A stretch of DNA of 64,000 nucleotides from Squalus acanthias (taxonomy: Eukaryota), in NCBI GenBank assembly GCA_030390025.1, contig CM059432.1:53632001-53696000 (forward strand), read 5' to 3'. The first letter of the stretch is position 1; each line of letters starts with the position of its first letter. Position numbers and translations under genes: made by a program. Under the pieces are notes generated by a model. The model made no database searches, was not told the origin of the DNA, and saw only the letters and a program-made list of their open reading frames with translations. Of the stretch, positions 36,737 through 49,450 are shown in pieces.

Positions 36737-37802
36737 TCAGGGGAACCGGAGTCTAATGAGGCGCTTGCAGACAGCCTGTCCAGAACCGGGATTTGCAGGA
36801 TGTCTCCTCCCTTCCTTCTCCTCCTCCTCCTCCTGAGGTGATCACGGGACCCATGGTGGCAAGGGCTGAGCCCTCATGATGGCCAAGTTGTGAAGGACGT
36901 AGCAGACCACCACGAATTGGGACACCTGCTCCGGCGGGTACTGGAGAGCTCCTCCCGAATGGGCAAGGCAGCGGAACCGTTGCTTGAGCACCCCGCTGGT
37001 CTGCTCGATCACGTTCCTTGTGGCAGCATAGCTGTCACTGTAAGATTGATGGCCACGAGTGGTGGGGTTGTGGAGGGGCGTCATCAACCAGGTGTAGAGT
37101 GGATAGCCTTTGTCGCCTAGCAGCCACGCTCAGGCTTGACATGGTGGCTGGAAGATTGCTGGCACAGTGGACTGGCACAGGATACTGGGCATTCACCATC
37201 ATTATGTGCTGGGCGTGTTCACACACCAGCTTCACATTAAGTGAGTGGTACCTTTTATGGTTACAGTACATCTTACCATTGATATGCAGCGCCCGCAAAG
37301 CCACGTGTGTGCAGTTGATGGCACCCTGCACCATAGGGAAGCCCGATATCCTGGCAAAGTCTGTTTTGCTCTGTTCAGAGAGAAGACAATGAAGTCCCTT
37401 CTCCTTGATTAAAGAGCCTCTGTGACCTCCCGGATGTTGCGATGGACGGCAAACTGCGAGACGTTTGCTATGTAGTCTGTTCCAGCCTGGAAGTATCCAC
37501 TGGCAAAAAAATTCAGCGCCACGGTCACCTTGAGGGCCACTGGCCCTGCTCTGAGGCTGCAGGTCTGGTTTCAAGAGGTGGCAGAGTTCTGTGACCACGT
37601 CCTTGGTGCAGTGGAGCCTCCGAACACACTGCTCCTGGCTTAGGCGCAGGTAGAAGTGCTCCCTGAAGACCCTAGGTGGGTAAGGCCTCTTCCTGAGAGC
37701 CCTCCTCCTCCTCCCTCTGCAAGCAGCTTGTCTTCTTTGCTGTCCCTGCTCCATCTCCCTGTCATGCTGCAGCACGAGGGGGACTGCAACTAGAGCCCCC
37801 AT
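36737..37802 (-). pseudogene. Harbinger DDE transposase
   Basis: RPYPPRVFREH, CVRRLHCTKDVVTELC, GFPMVQGAINCTHVAL, YHSLNVKLVC, TRNVIEQTSGVLKQRFRCL, LHNLA; frameshifts. Confidence 0.92.
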
Positions 37803-38876
37803 GACTGGGAGCAAGTGGTCTAGTCAGAGGCCTTCCAGCAGCAGCCAACACCTTCCCAATGTCCAGCAGCACTCAGTGCACACTTTAACAACTTTGTAAA
37901 TGTCTTCCAGCAACCAAGTATTCATACAAACTGTGCAAGAGGCAGTACAAGAGAAATAATCAACTTACCTGCAAGTTGGATGTATCCCTTTAAATAGCGC
38001 TGATGAGGGGTCCCTCGTGCAGCTGAACGCATGTTCAGCTGTGTGTATTTAGGAGAGCATGTTGTTTGGAGCGGCAATGTTCAAAATGGCAGGTCGTGCA
38101 TAAAATCAGCGTTACACATTGACTAACGTCACGATCTGCCTACTCTGCATACTGCCAGCGCATGCATGTCCCGCCCACGCCATCACCCTCACCAAGATGG
38201 CGAACAGCGAGGGCCGCGCCGGAAGTGGGCGGAAGCAAAGTGGACGTCAATTTCTTTTCCAAACCGCCCTTAACTACCGGCGCTAAGGTGTTGAATTTTG
38301 CGGCCCTTTTCTCTAAAGAAAAAAGCTCCAACCTGTTCAATCTTTCCCGATAGCTGTAATCTCTCTCTGAAAATATCACAATCTTCTTGTGAATCTGCAT
38401 CTCAATCTGAAACAAGATGAACAGAAAAGAGTTATGTTTGAAGCTGTTTTGCGAAAAAAACGTCTTACAAAGACCACAAATCTTTAAAAGTGGAGGTCCT
38501 GGTTCTATCCTTGCTTAGAGATGCCATGGAATAATTTGGAGATGCACAGCACTAACACTATTGAAATGTTTTGCATAGCACCATGTTACACTTGTGCTGA
38601 TGATTCATGGAGTTCAATCTTGCAAATACAGATGAGTCCAAAAATGTAATAATCACATCTGTGACGCCATTCTGGAAAGGAATCGATGTTTCAGCTGTAT
38701 ACAATTCCCCCAGAGGCCACGTGCTGTTCTTTAAATTGATTGAGCTGTTAACTTTCTGCTGTCATTGATGTTAGATGATATGATCATTCTGTATTCTGTT
38801 CTGATACTAACAAATCCTAGGTTCCCATTGGTTACTCAGGCATTACTTTTTCAAATATATTAACAACAGGATCAGT

Positions 38877-39620
38877 GGCTCCGATACTTAAGGGGAGATG
38901 GGGAGGGAGCAGGAGGGGGGTGGGCGGGGGGGGGTTGTATTGGTCGGGAAAGCCGGACATGAGGGTTACGCGGAGTTTCTGCTAAATTTAACGACAGAAC
39001 CTCATTTGAATTTGTTTTCTCTGTTTCCCGGCTGGCAGCCAACCAGATTGAGAGGCTGGCCAGTTGTCGGACGGGAAGGCCTGCACTGAAAGGCTGCAGC
39101 CGGGGAGCAGAGAGGAGGGAGGGAGGGAGAGATTGCGGAGGGGATGGGGGAGGGTTGAAGAGATCACGGGTCAGCGGGGAGGTCATGGTTTGGAGGAGAT
39201 GGCGGGCGGGGGGGTGTGGGGACTTCGGATTGGGGGGATTGGTAGATGACTGAGGGGGGGGGGCAACGGTCTGCTGCAGCAAGTTTGCTTGAGGGGCCGG
39301 GGAAATCCACCTGCTTCTCCTGGCCCACAAGCAGTGCTAGAAAGGCACTTACCTCCTCGATCCGGCCCTTCTCACCTCCCTTCAGCTTCCGGGTTTCCTG
39401 AACCCTGGGAAATCCCGCTCGCAGACGTTAAATCTAAAAGTCTTTTAAAATTTGAAGCATGCAGCCTCATTAACATATTTAAATAACTGATCCACCTCTC
39501 AAGAGCAGGTTAGTCACCTGACCCCCAACCCGCCTCCCTTAAAACCAGAAGTGAGTGCGTTTGAGGCGGTTTGGGGTCGGGTTTCAGATCCCACCTGTTG
39601 TGGGGGGTTAAGAATCCCCC
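38877..39620. mobile_element. Non-autonomous Harbinger-type element (related to 25627-26630)
   Basis: Shared blocks CAGCCA.CCAGATTGAGAGGCTGG and CAGCCTCATTA.CATATTTAAA; G-rich middle; end GTTAAGAATCCCCC. Confidence 0.75.
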
Positions 39621-39884
39621 TCCGCCCCATAACTCTGGTGCTTGATTACTTGCCTATTAACCATACAAATCAGCAGCTCAAGTCCTGGCATTAAAAGTTA
39701 CTTACCCTAACTTGACTCAATTAATCAGTTCCTATTTTGACACTTGTTCTAAATAGGATGTCATGGCATGTTTCATCTTGAGGGAGAAGAAAACATCACA
39801 ACATCGAGTTATGAGAATTATGATTTCGGATTCAGAGATTTTACCAGGCAAAGGTACTGGCTGCATAATGTAGTCAGAGACCTC

Positions 39885-41720
39885 GGAGCCAGGATAGCTC
39901 AGTTTGTAACACTTCTGCCGCTAGATCATCAGGTTGCTGGGTTTAAGCCCATTTAAGCACATAATTTAGGCTCATATTTGAATGCTGCATTTTTGGGTGC
40001 TCGGACCCTTTAACGGGCTGCGCGGCCCATTCAAAATTTCATGCATGCGCAAAATCTCCCATTGAAAAGCCGGTGAGCAGCCTGCATGGGAGCTCCGTCC
40101 AGCTGCGCAGCCGCGCTGCTTAGCGGGAATGTTGCTGGTCAGTCATTCATTTGCTGCTTATGGGACCTTGCTGTGTGCCAACTGGCAGCTCCACTTGACC
40201 ACATAACAGTGACTGTACTTTCAAAGTAAACCATGGGTTGGAAAACACTTTAGGTCACTCCACACTTTGGGGCCTAGAAATTGGAACCTTTACCGTTGGC
40301 TGTTAAGGCCGGTTTTGAAGAAAAAGTGGCAGCCACCTCGCTTCCGCCCACTTCTGGCGTGGAACGCGATGGCCGCCATATTGGGCAGGTCGGCAGCGCT
40401 GCCGTTGTCTGCATTCGCCTCAAGTATTTTAATGATCAGGGCATGGCGTCAATGACGAATTTACACACGCTCAGTGATTTTGAACGTCGCGCTCCTTTTA
40501 CCGCCCTCTCCAAAGCACACCTGTGCGTACAGCCATTGCCAGCGCGTAGAACCGGGAGAAAGCGGCGGAGATCTCCGCCAAAGTCTTCAATAACTATGCA
40601 GAGTATGTCCAATTCAGTGAGATGGCTCATGATCATTGCTGCAGAAACACATCAGCAGATTGAATGCCTGTTCTATACATGTTAGACGCCAGCACTCAAC
40701 CGGAGCAGGTCAGTGAGTTCTGGCACATAATGTGTACAGAACAGCATATGGTTCCAAATAGCCTGGGGGACTTGTACTGCACCTAAAGGCCTGATCCATT
40801 ATTGTCGGTCAGTTGTGTAGCGCAAGATGTACAGTTGGACACCAGATTTGCAAATCTTACTAATAAGCGCTTGCAGTTGTTTCAGTAAACTGGAAATAAA
40901 ATTATATTTGAGCTTTGTAAATGTTTACTGTTGTTACAATTGTTACAAACGTCCGTATTGAATATGCATCCTGTTCCTCTGAAGTGACAGCTGTGTACTT
41001 GTTACATTTTCAATTAAAGGAGACCTAGTGACTTTTTCCTGTTTCTGAAGGAATTTGTACATCTGCATTTACTCATATCGATATTCAGCTGTTCAGGGTC
41101 TCCAGTGAACTTTTCACATCTCTTGGTCTATTCAGGGAGGAATCATGGATCACCTATGCCGGCTCTGACATCCAGTATTGCAAAGAAATCTCCCAATTCC
41201 AGTACACCATTGCCCTTTCAAAATACTTATCCGGGTACTTTCTAGAGAGATATACTCCTAAAAAGACTTACAGTGAAAAGCCTCTGTAATAACAAAGCTT
41301 ATTCACTAGGTATGTGTATTTAAAAATAGGTTGCTTTCATTTATATTCTCGAGAGTAGAATTGGAAATATTGGTTGCATTCTTTAAAATATGACAGATTA
41401 GTGTATTTTTAGGCTTTCATTTATCTTGCATACCCTCTCTGTCAACCTACAAAGCATGAGAAACATAACCGGAAACATTGCACTTCACTTTAATGAATCG
41501 CAATCTCCTGAGAAAGCTGCACAGATACTTTAGACCCGACCTTCGGCCTCCTGCTGATCTTATCGCCTGAAATAGCGTGTTGCATGGGAGGTTCTGCGCT
41601 TTTTTTACGGGCGGCCGTTACCCTTGGCCTGCAGTGCCACCGCCCGTTTTTGGGTTTAATTGAATTTCTAGGCCTGGGACTTATGTGATAATGTGCTTAT
41701 ATATGCAAGTTCTTTCTTTT
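39885..41720 (+). mobile_element. Old Deu-type SINE fragmented by insertions
   Basis: tRNA-like head at 39885; GGGACCTTGCTGTGTGC; CACTTTGG|GAC restored across the 40271-41674 insertion; ATATGCAAGTTCTTTC tail. Confidence 0.65.
40271..41674. mobile_element. Non-autonomous element with Harbinger-type ends and unrelated internal cargo
   Basis: 12-bp TIR GGCCTAGAAATT (same as 29877) and a perfect TGG TSD. Confidence 0.88.
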
Positions 41721-41849
41721 CTATTAGACTGCTGGGGGTCTTACGCTTATTAGTGAGACCTCCTCCTCACCCTCACACTAAATGCCAAACACTCAGACGA
41801 ATATCCATTTCTTGGGTTCGAAAAATCAGATTATTTTGGGTCCGATTAA

Positions 41850-42370
41850 TAATTTGATATTTTTCTTTTAACTGCCTTCATTGAGGCCATTGTCTGGGAG
41901 GAATACTCATTTTCTCTGCAGCAGACACAATCTCAGTTATGACAGTTCATTGCAATTTTGTACTTTGTAAGAGGAGGCACCTGAATATGTATTCTATGGG
42001 GATTGAGCTTTACCCAGTCCCACAATCCACTGAGCTGTCTCAAAATACCACCGATCAATGTGAACACTTGTTGTAAACTAGCTCACTTAATGTACCAATC
42101 TATAGCTTACTAATTATTTTTCCGGATCCCATTGAGTGTTATCAATCTGCCTTTCATTGATCACTTGGCTACATAGTCATTTGCTGTCATCAGCAAACTT
42201 TATATTACTGGAGGTCCTCTTTCCCATATCATTTGTAAATAGTGTGAACAGCAGGCGAATAAATACAAATCCCTGCGGAACTGCACAGGTCATACCTTCC
42301 CGATACAGCTTTGGCCATTTTTCATTGCCTTCCCCTATTGTCAAGCTAATATCCAATTCAGCTAACTTAA
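41850..42370 (-). mobile_element. Old CR1-type RT fragment
   Basis: Minus AVPQG...LFTLFTNDM...IKFADDSK. Confidence 0.75.
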
Positions 42371-43299
42371 TTTGTGTTTAACTCCAGCCACCTTTACTCC
42401 TCAAAGAAAACTACAGGAAATGTCACAATATATTGCAATAACATCATAAAGATGACCTTCACTACCAATGGAGGAATATGGGAAACTAATGTTAGAAATC
42501 TAAAGTTCAGCCATTTTAAAACAATTAAAAAATTAGTGACTTGTTTCATCATATTTTTGTGGGTTATGGGGAAAATGGTTTCTAACGAATGTAGCTGAAT
42601 ATAAATGGACCATATTTTTAGGGAAAATATTTGAGAAATTTAGGAAAGTTAACAATTGTGAGCTCAAATTTTTGTGAGGGTTTTTCTGATCTTCCATCGT
42701 AACTTTAGTTGGACATTGCCGGAAATCTTGGAGAAACATGATCCTGGCAACTTGACTCAGCCATGTAAATGAGGGATGACTGAGAAATGTGCATGGGTCC
42801 CTGCCGACTCCTCAGGTGGCAGTTGTTCGTGCCTCACTCACCTTCTGTTGGTTTCCTGCTGGAGGCGAAAAGTGACCCCATAATTTTTTAGGATTGAAAA
42901 TGTGTGAAATCTTGCTTCTATAAAGAAAATAAGAGTTGCTAGCTCACTCTGTAACATGAAAATCAAAAAGTAGGTCTTAATATCTTCCGATTGCTCTGTG
43001 GGTAAATGCTTCACTGGAAGTTTCATTATTCTGTGTATTAAAGTTGTCACACATGCCAATTATGTTTTAAGGGTTAGTAATTTGGCATATTAGCAATAAT
43101 GTAATGTTAGCATATTGTTGTCCAATCGCCTAAATTCGCTCCTGGATTAAAATATCACCAAACACAGACAAATGCATAGACCTGACATTAATGGTTTTTT
43201 TTACTTGTTAATTGCTTTTTAAGTGACAATTGAACATACAGATTTATTCAGGATGTACTTTATTTCCATATTGCATTAACTTCTCTAATTTAAATTTGA

Positions 43300-45120
43300 T
43301 ATTAAAGCCAGAGGGTATCAGTAGAGTAGTTGTGGTGAGTGAAGTAGGAGATACTGGTTAACAGACAAATCTTTTGGTAAATATTGAAGCATGACTGCCA
43401 TGTTAAGTTGTTCAAAGCTTTGGAGGAGGAGGAGAATTACTGCAGTAGACCACAGCTTGGGAGGTTTAAGGCCACAGGATGTGAACATTCTAGACTGGGT
43501 ACCACCCAATACAATGTAAGTACCTCCAAAATGCCACCTAACCTCATTGAGAAACAGTGTGCAAGGAGGCTGCAGCTTAATAGGGGCACAAATTCAGACC
43601 AATGGTAACTCCTGGAACCAGACCTTCAACCAAGTAGCAACATTCAGATGGTACTATCAACAAGAGTGAAATCGATTACTGCACTAAACCTCTATACTAT
43701 TTGGTCATTCCAGGCACCAATAGAAGCCATCATTTGAATCACCTAGCTCATAACTGGATCACTGAGATAACTGATGCCATATGTTGGCATACATCAGATT
43801 CAACACTGACACGCAGTTCCAAATGGAGAAGCAGATCCAATCTCCAAGCCATGTGGCATTTCTTGAGTACAAGGTACCCTTGATTATATTCGCTTCATCA
43901 TTCATGCAGCTGCCGACAGTGCCCTCCCTTTCATCACCAAAAAGGATTACTGTTCCCTCAATATTCTGATGATTTTCAAACACAGCTAAAAATGACACAA
44001 GGTTAATGCTTGTTTTCTGGGGAGTGCTCACGATATCTCCATTGTGAGTGAATCAAAGCTTCCCCAACTGCTCGAGGGGGAAGAGAGAATGTAATGTTGC
44101 CCCCTTAGCAACTTTGCAGAAATGTAGTAGTATGTGTTACGTAATATTGCAATTGAAAAAGCTACACATGTTTGCTGAAGAAATGCTGCAGTAAGACAAG
44201 CCCTCTTGGAAATTGATGGCTTGGGCCAGGACCAAGCTTATCTGAGTTGCACACAAATTTCCTGGGCTTATATTGCACTCCCGGCTGAGTTATGTTGAGA
44301 ATGCACCTTCAGCCCTAAGAAAGTTGGGCCTAAGTGAATTTTTCCACATTGTTATGTAAAACCCTTCCTACCTTTAATTTTACATGAAAATGTATGGATG
44401 CAATATTCACCGTGTTGAACATTTGCTTTTATTGATGTAAGAGTGTGCCAATGCAATGTATTTAATGTGATGTGCTGCTGTGCTTATACCTTGAACAATT
44501 TGTACCAATACTCCATCCTCTTTCTTGTGTACTAAATGATGCCCTGTCAGTAGGACTAAGCGTTGAGGCTTCCTGAGATGACTCCAAAGGACTTTTGTGT
44601 AATTTTGCTGGCCATTTACCACCATGAGATGTAAACCCACATACCATGCCTGTGTGCCTGAAATAGCCTCAGCTGTTCTGTCTGTGGGGTTCTGCATGCT
44701 TTAGGATGTTTCTGCTGTTACTTGTCCAGAGGCAAATGCAGGCAAATGACCGACAGCAGCTTGAGAGCCACCAGCCTGTTTCTATGCTTCAGCACGTGTC
44801 CAGATTGCAGCCCCTGATCTGCTCAGGGACAGATCATTGCACTGCCACAAGATCTCTAGAAGGATTTTGGTATTCACAGCATTGCTATGAATATTCCCGA
44901 GACATATCCCAACTCTGTCTGCCACCTGAGTGGCTTTGTTCTCCCTTACAGATGCCACTGAAGCTGCATGCTTCTCAATGACAGTCTGCAGAATGGAAAA
45001 CATGCTGGATGACATTGCTCAACTGGTTAGCAGAATCCAAAACTGCACCCAGACCAGCTTGCATTGTCTCGGACAATGAGGCAAATCAATTGCTCAGCCA
45101 TTCATGCTCATGAAGGATCC
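43300..45120 (-). pseudogene. hAT-superfamily (ZNF862-like) transposase relic
   Basis: Across frameshifts: DRTAEAI, TDRASF..KKEDGV, AAHHIKYIA, comparable with DG(T)AE.I, TDGAS..G...GV, HCxAHRLELA. Confidence 0.55.
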
Positions 45121-46899
45121 TTATTTCATTGATGGTTTTGCAAAGTCAGAATCACAAAGCAACTCAGCAAAGCCAATGTCCCTCTGTCAATAACAGCCAG
45201 TCCTTCTACATTCATCACTTCTATGCCTTTCTCATCCGTGATCAGTGACTTGCTCTGTGTTGCCTTATTGAACTCACTGATATAACAACATAAAAAATAG
45301 GAGCAGGAGTAGGTCATACGGCCCATCGAGCCTGCTCCGCCATTCAATAAGATACCTAGGCTGACATCTGCTTCAGGTGATGTTGGCCAAATAGTGACTA
45401 TGCTCCTTGCAGGTCGGGTTGGCTCCGAGATGACACACCTAATGATGGAAGATTGGAATCAAATCAACCCTCCATGGGAGATGTGGTAATCTGAGACAGG
45501 CAGGTCCATAGTTTTCCAGGGCATTGTTGATGACTAAGCAGCCACATTGGTTTATTAATGCGGCCAGCGGTAAACTTGTTACTGGGGGATTGGGATTCTT
45601 CCTATTTAGCTGCAGATAATCCTAACCTTCCCATGGAGCAGGATGATCTTTCTAAAAAAATGGGTATTACTGGTTGGAATTGTTAGGGTATAAATTTGTT
45701 TTGGGTGGTGGTGCCCCTTTTGGGCTACCGTCAAAGAAGAATTTATATCTCTTTAGTTGTAATGATAAATATTGTATAAGAATGCAGCTTTAAATATATG
45801 TAATGGTGTTATATTTATAAGTGTGCACTGCTTAGAATTAATTGTACAATTTGGGCACTGTAACATTTTCTTGGTGAAGTTTATTATCAAAGTAAAGATG
45901 GTGAAATGGCAACCAGTATTGTTAGGGACACTTGTGCTAATTCATTGTAAATTACATCTAAATTGGATTTCTGCTCAGACATAAATTACACTTTCCTTTT
46001 TGCATATATGAATACTGCAGCCTCTTTACTGAGCCATTGCCAGATTTTGTGTGAAGTCATGATTATCTGAAAAGGTATATTCACTTTCTTCATTAAATGA
46101 GTCACATTTGAATTGCCTTAGATTTATAATTATGATTTTTAGTTAAGGAATATCACAGATAGAAGCTGATAATTAAATACACAAACGAAATCTGGACGAG
46201 GAGCAAACCCGGGAGTTACAACTATCTGTTTGCTTCACACATACAAGCAGCGCGTAAGCATTACAGATTGAGTGTAACTTGCTCACATATTTATGATTAA
46301 GCTCTATAGATGGCAACTAATATAGTTCATTATTATGTTTTTAAAAAAATAATAATGTTCCCAGATTTTAATTTTCAAAGCATCTTGTATCTCTTTATGA
46401 CAGAATTTTGACTGGGTACCTATTTTCAGTCAATAAGTTACAGAAATTCAGAAAAGGTGTATCAAAAACAAATTTACTTCAAAGTTTAGAATCTTCTCTA
46501 CTAAACACAGCCCAAATTTGCCCTCATGTGCTATTTACAAATACATATTTTAATGCAAATCACTGATCGAAGACAAAAAAAGGTAGACCAGTTTGAAGTG
46601 ATCACAGAGGAGATACAAGAGGCCAGACTCATAAATAATAGTGTGGAAACTAAGAAGAAATATTTTTCGTGTGTTCGGCAGGTGAAGATAACAATTCCTG
46701 TAATCACTATATGTGGTGACATTGTAAGTGCAGTCGTGAAGATATTTTCTGGTATTTCAAGCTAAATTGAAATCCCATTGTAAACCAAAAAATTGTAAAC
46801 CAAACATGTTGCTGATTTCACTGGAAATACTGAATAGAGAAATTCTTCACAGATGCATTTACACATAGTGACCAGAGGAATTCGTACTGTTTTGAAATG

Positions 46900-47235
46900 G
46901 CAGGAGAGGAAGAGGAGGCATTCTGCCCTTAAAGGAGACAGTATCACCTGACAATCATAGTTCTAGTCTAGCGAGGAATTCAAGGCCTAATCTGTTTTGT
47001 CTCAGCTAGGAACGCACAGCTGACCTATGTGAGGCGCTCAGCAGATTTCACCTTGCATCACTGCAGCCTCAGAAAGTTACCAGATAGCTCCCCTATGTGA
47101 GCTGCTTAAGAAAGGCCAGAAGCCTAGCAGCCAGGGTCATGCAATGCTTATGGTAGTGAAGGTAATAGCTGCCAGCACTTATTTGATGCAGGTACCTTTT
47201 AAATCAGAATGAGATGTGGCCAGTATAAGCTATTT
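46900..47235 (+). pseudogene. Old Harbinger transposase N-terminal relic
   Basis: LCELLKKGQKPSSQGHAMLMVVKVIAA parallels ICSLQQEDLLPAGPGGDALPVAVKVTTA at 56670-56755. Confidence 0.65.
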
Positions 47236-48124
47236 CCATTTTATTTTATATTCACTGCATTGATAAACTACACCACTCTCTCCTTGTAAGATCAAAAGAA
47301 TGCCAGATCCAACAAGTGTTGTAACCTTCGTAAGGTTCTGTAATGTTTCAAAAGCAAGAGAGTATATGCAAGTAAGCAAGCATCTGTTTACAATCTGAGA
47401 GTCAGCACAACTTAAAAAAGAACAGAATATTACCACTTGGCAAAGTTCCAAATAATGCTTAATGCCAAAAGCTGGACTATCAAATTCCCAGGATACTGTC
47501 ACAACTTTTACATTCTAATAAACTTTTATCTTACTGAGAGATTTTAACAGCAATGAGTCCATCAGTGGCAGATTCAATGGCAAGTAGTCTCAATGTATAA
47601 TACTTTTACAGGAGTTATACACTCATGACCTTGATGGTAGTTCCATCAAACCTTCACATAGATGAACTTATTCTTGTCAAAATGAAAGCATAATTCTTGT
47701 GGGTTTAATTTCCATCATGAGCTATTTTTAGTGCACTAGTTACTACATTTGTGTTAAATTTCTATCAACACTATTTTAATGCTGTTGTTAATCTATTTAT
47801 TCTAAAGATAACCCAGAGAGGAAATTAAACCTACTGGTGTTAAAATTTACTTAGGTAGTGTTAATTCCACATCACACTTTCCCATATAGGATTAACTCAG
47901 TGGTAAATGTTTACTGCTAGCAGACTAAAAACTCTTATCTTCCCCAATTCCAAGCTACATATATATTATAGGCAGGGACCCATACATTTGCATGAAACTT
48001 ACTGGGCTCAGTGGTTGTGCTTCCACCTCAGTATTTGTGACATCCTTCAGTGTCCCTAGGATAAAGAACTTTGTAGCCACTATTTCCACCAATGACAGCA
48101 CATTCAATTGTACAAATGTCCTAT

Positions 48125-48375
48125 TAGTTGTTCTTCTGGTTTGGTGGGAGACCTCATTTATTCTTTGACAGTTTTCTCAACATTTTTAATATATTTCCTG
48201 ATCTTGTTGCAGTTTCGTTTATTTCTGGAACTTGCATTCAACTGATGAGCACCCTTCTGGTGTGTGATGTAGGTGGATTCAGGCCAGTGCCAAAGATCAC
48301 ACCGCTTCTGGCTATAATTCTCTTCCATGATCATATCTACCTCCTGCTCAGTGAAACTAAACTTCCTTTTTTTTT
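48125..48375 (-). pseudogene. Old Myb/SANT (Harbinger accessory) relic
   Basis: KKRKFSFTEQEVDMIMEE / IIARSGVIFG...LNASSRNKRNCNKIRK. Confidence 0.6.
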
Positions 48376-48962
48376 AGTCAATTAGGCCACTTTCCAATGA
48401 TATCTGCTGTTGGTATTACGGTGTGATTACTTTTAGGGATCAGAGGTCTCATATTGGTTTATTTAACTGCTTAACTGGAATACTTGTTTCTGATAACTGG
48501 ATTATCTTTTCAGTAACTTAAAATTTGGTGGAGATTCAAATGGTGGGTAATTGGTGGGTAATAGTGCATGATTACTACAGCAAACCTGTCTGAACTGCTT
48601 TACACCTGAAAGTTCAAAAATAGGGTCCTTGATCTTGTTAAAGGGAAAGTTCATGTCAAGACACAAAAGAATTGCTTTGCAATATACCCCAAAAGAAGTA
48701 TTTTTCATATTCATGGCATATTGTATTTTTTGAGAGGAGGAGGAGTTTGTACAGATATGGATATGGTCCACTCGATCTCTGATGATTCTGTCTCTTACCA
48801 TGTTAAGCGTCTAGGGAATTATTTGACCAATGAAGTATGCATGAAGTGCGTATATTGGTGATATGTGTGCCTCTTCACCCTAACCAACAATGAAATTGTT
48901 CCAATGTGCACTTCAGGTGAACATCACAGTTCACAAATATACTAGTAATGAAATAAAACAAT

Positions 48963-49450
48963 GGGGTGGATTTTAACTCCAAGTGAGTTTCGGATGGGCC
49001 TAAATGTACTCGCTGGTCCAAGTTTTAACTCCAGGTCTCATTTAAATGCCCAAACGTTCGGGAAGAAGGTGCAGTGCGGTTACCAGCAGGGAAAAGTCAG
49101 GTGGCCTTTGGCCGCCCGCTGGCTTGTGGTAAGTGGTGGGGAGGGGGCCTTGTGGGAGGGAAGGAGGTGAGTCCAGAACAGAGAAAGTGCAACTTTCTGT
49201 ATGGGTGCTGGATGAGGTGCTCTACAAAGGAAATTGTTTCACTTACCTGGAAGGCCACTTTGTCCTTCCCACCAGCTGCTGGCCGCTTCAGTCTGATGGG
49301 GAAGCTGCAGCAGCTTCCACATAGGTCCCAGCTGAAATGCCTTCAGGGTCCTACTGACACCATAGGACCCTGATTAGCATTTATGCATGACGCTTCCACC
49401 TGAGCCCACGGGCACCTCCGCCGTCAAAACCAGCAGCGGTAAAATCGGAG
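48963..49450. mobile_element. Non-autonomous Harbinger-type element
   Basis: Left end GGGGTGGATTTTAAC; right end GTAAAATCGG; internal CACTTACCT motif. Confidence 0.6.

Larger units (their letters stand above)
33841..38306. mobile_element. Second Harbinger transposon, same layout, left end missing, two SINE insertions
   Basis: Right end TGAATTTTGCGGCCC; Myb and transposase genes homologous to those of 29877-33840. Confidence 0.88.

Noticed and set aside
32215..37802. Domesticated HARBI1/NAIF1 host genes
   Set aside because: Multiple frameshifted copies lie inside TIR-bounded elements, so they are transposon copies.
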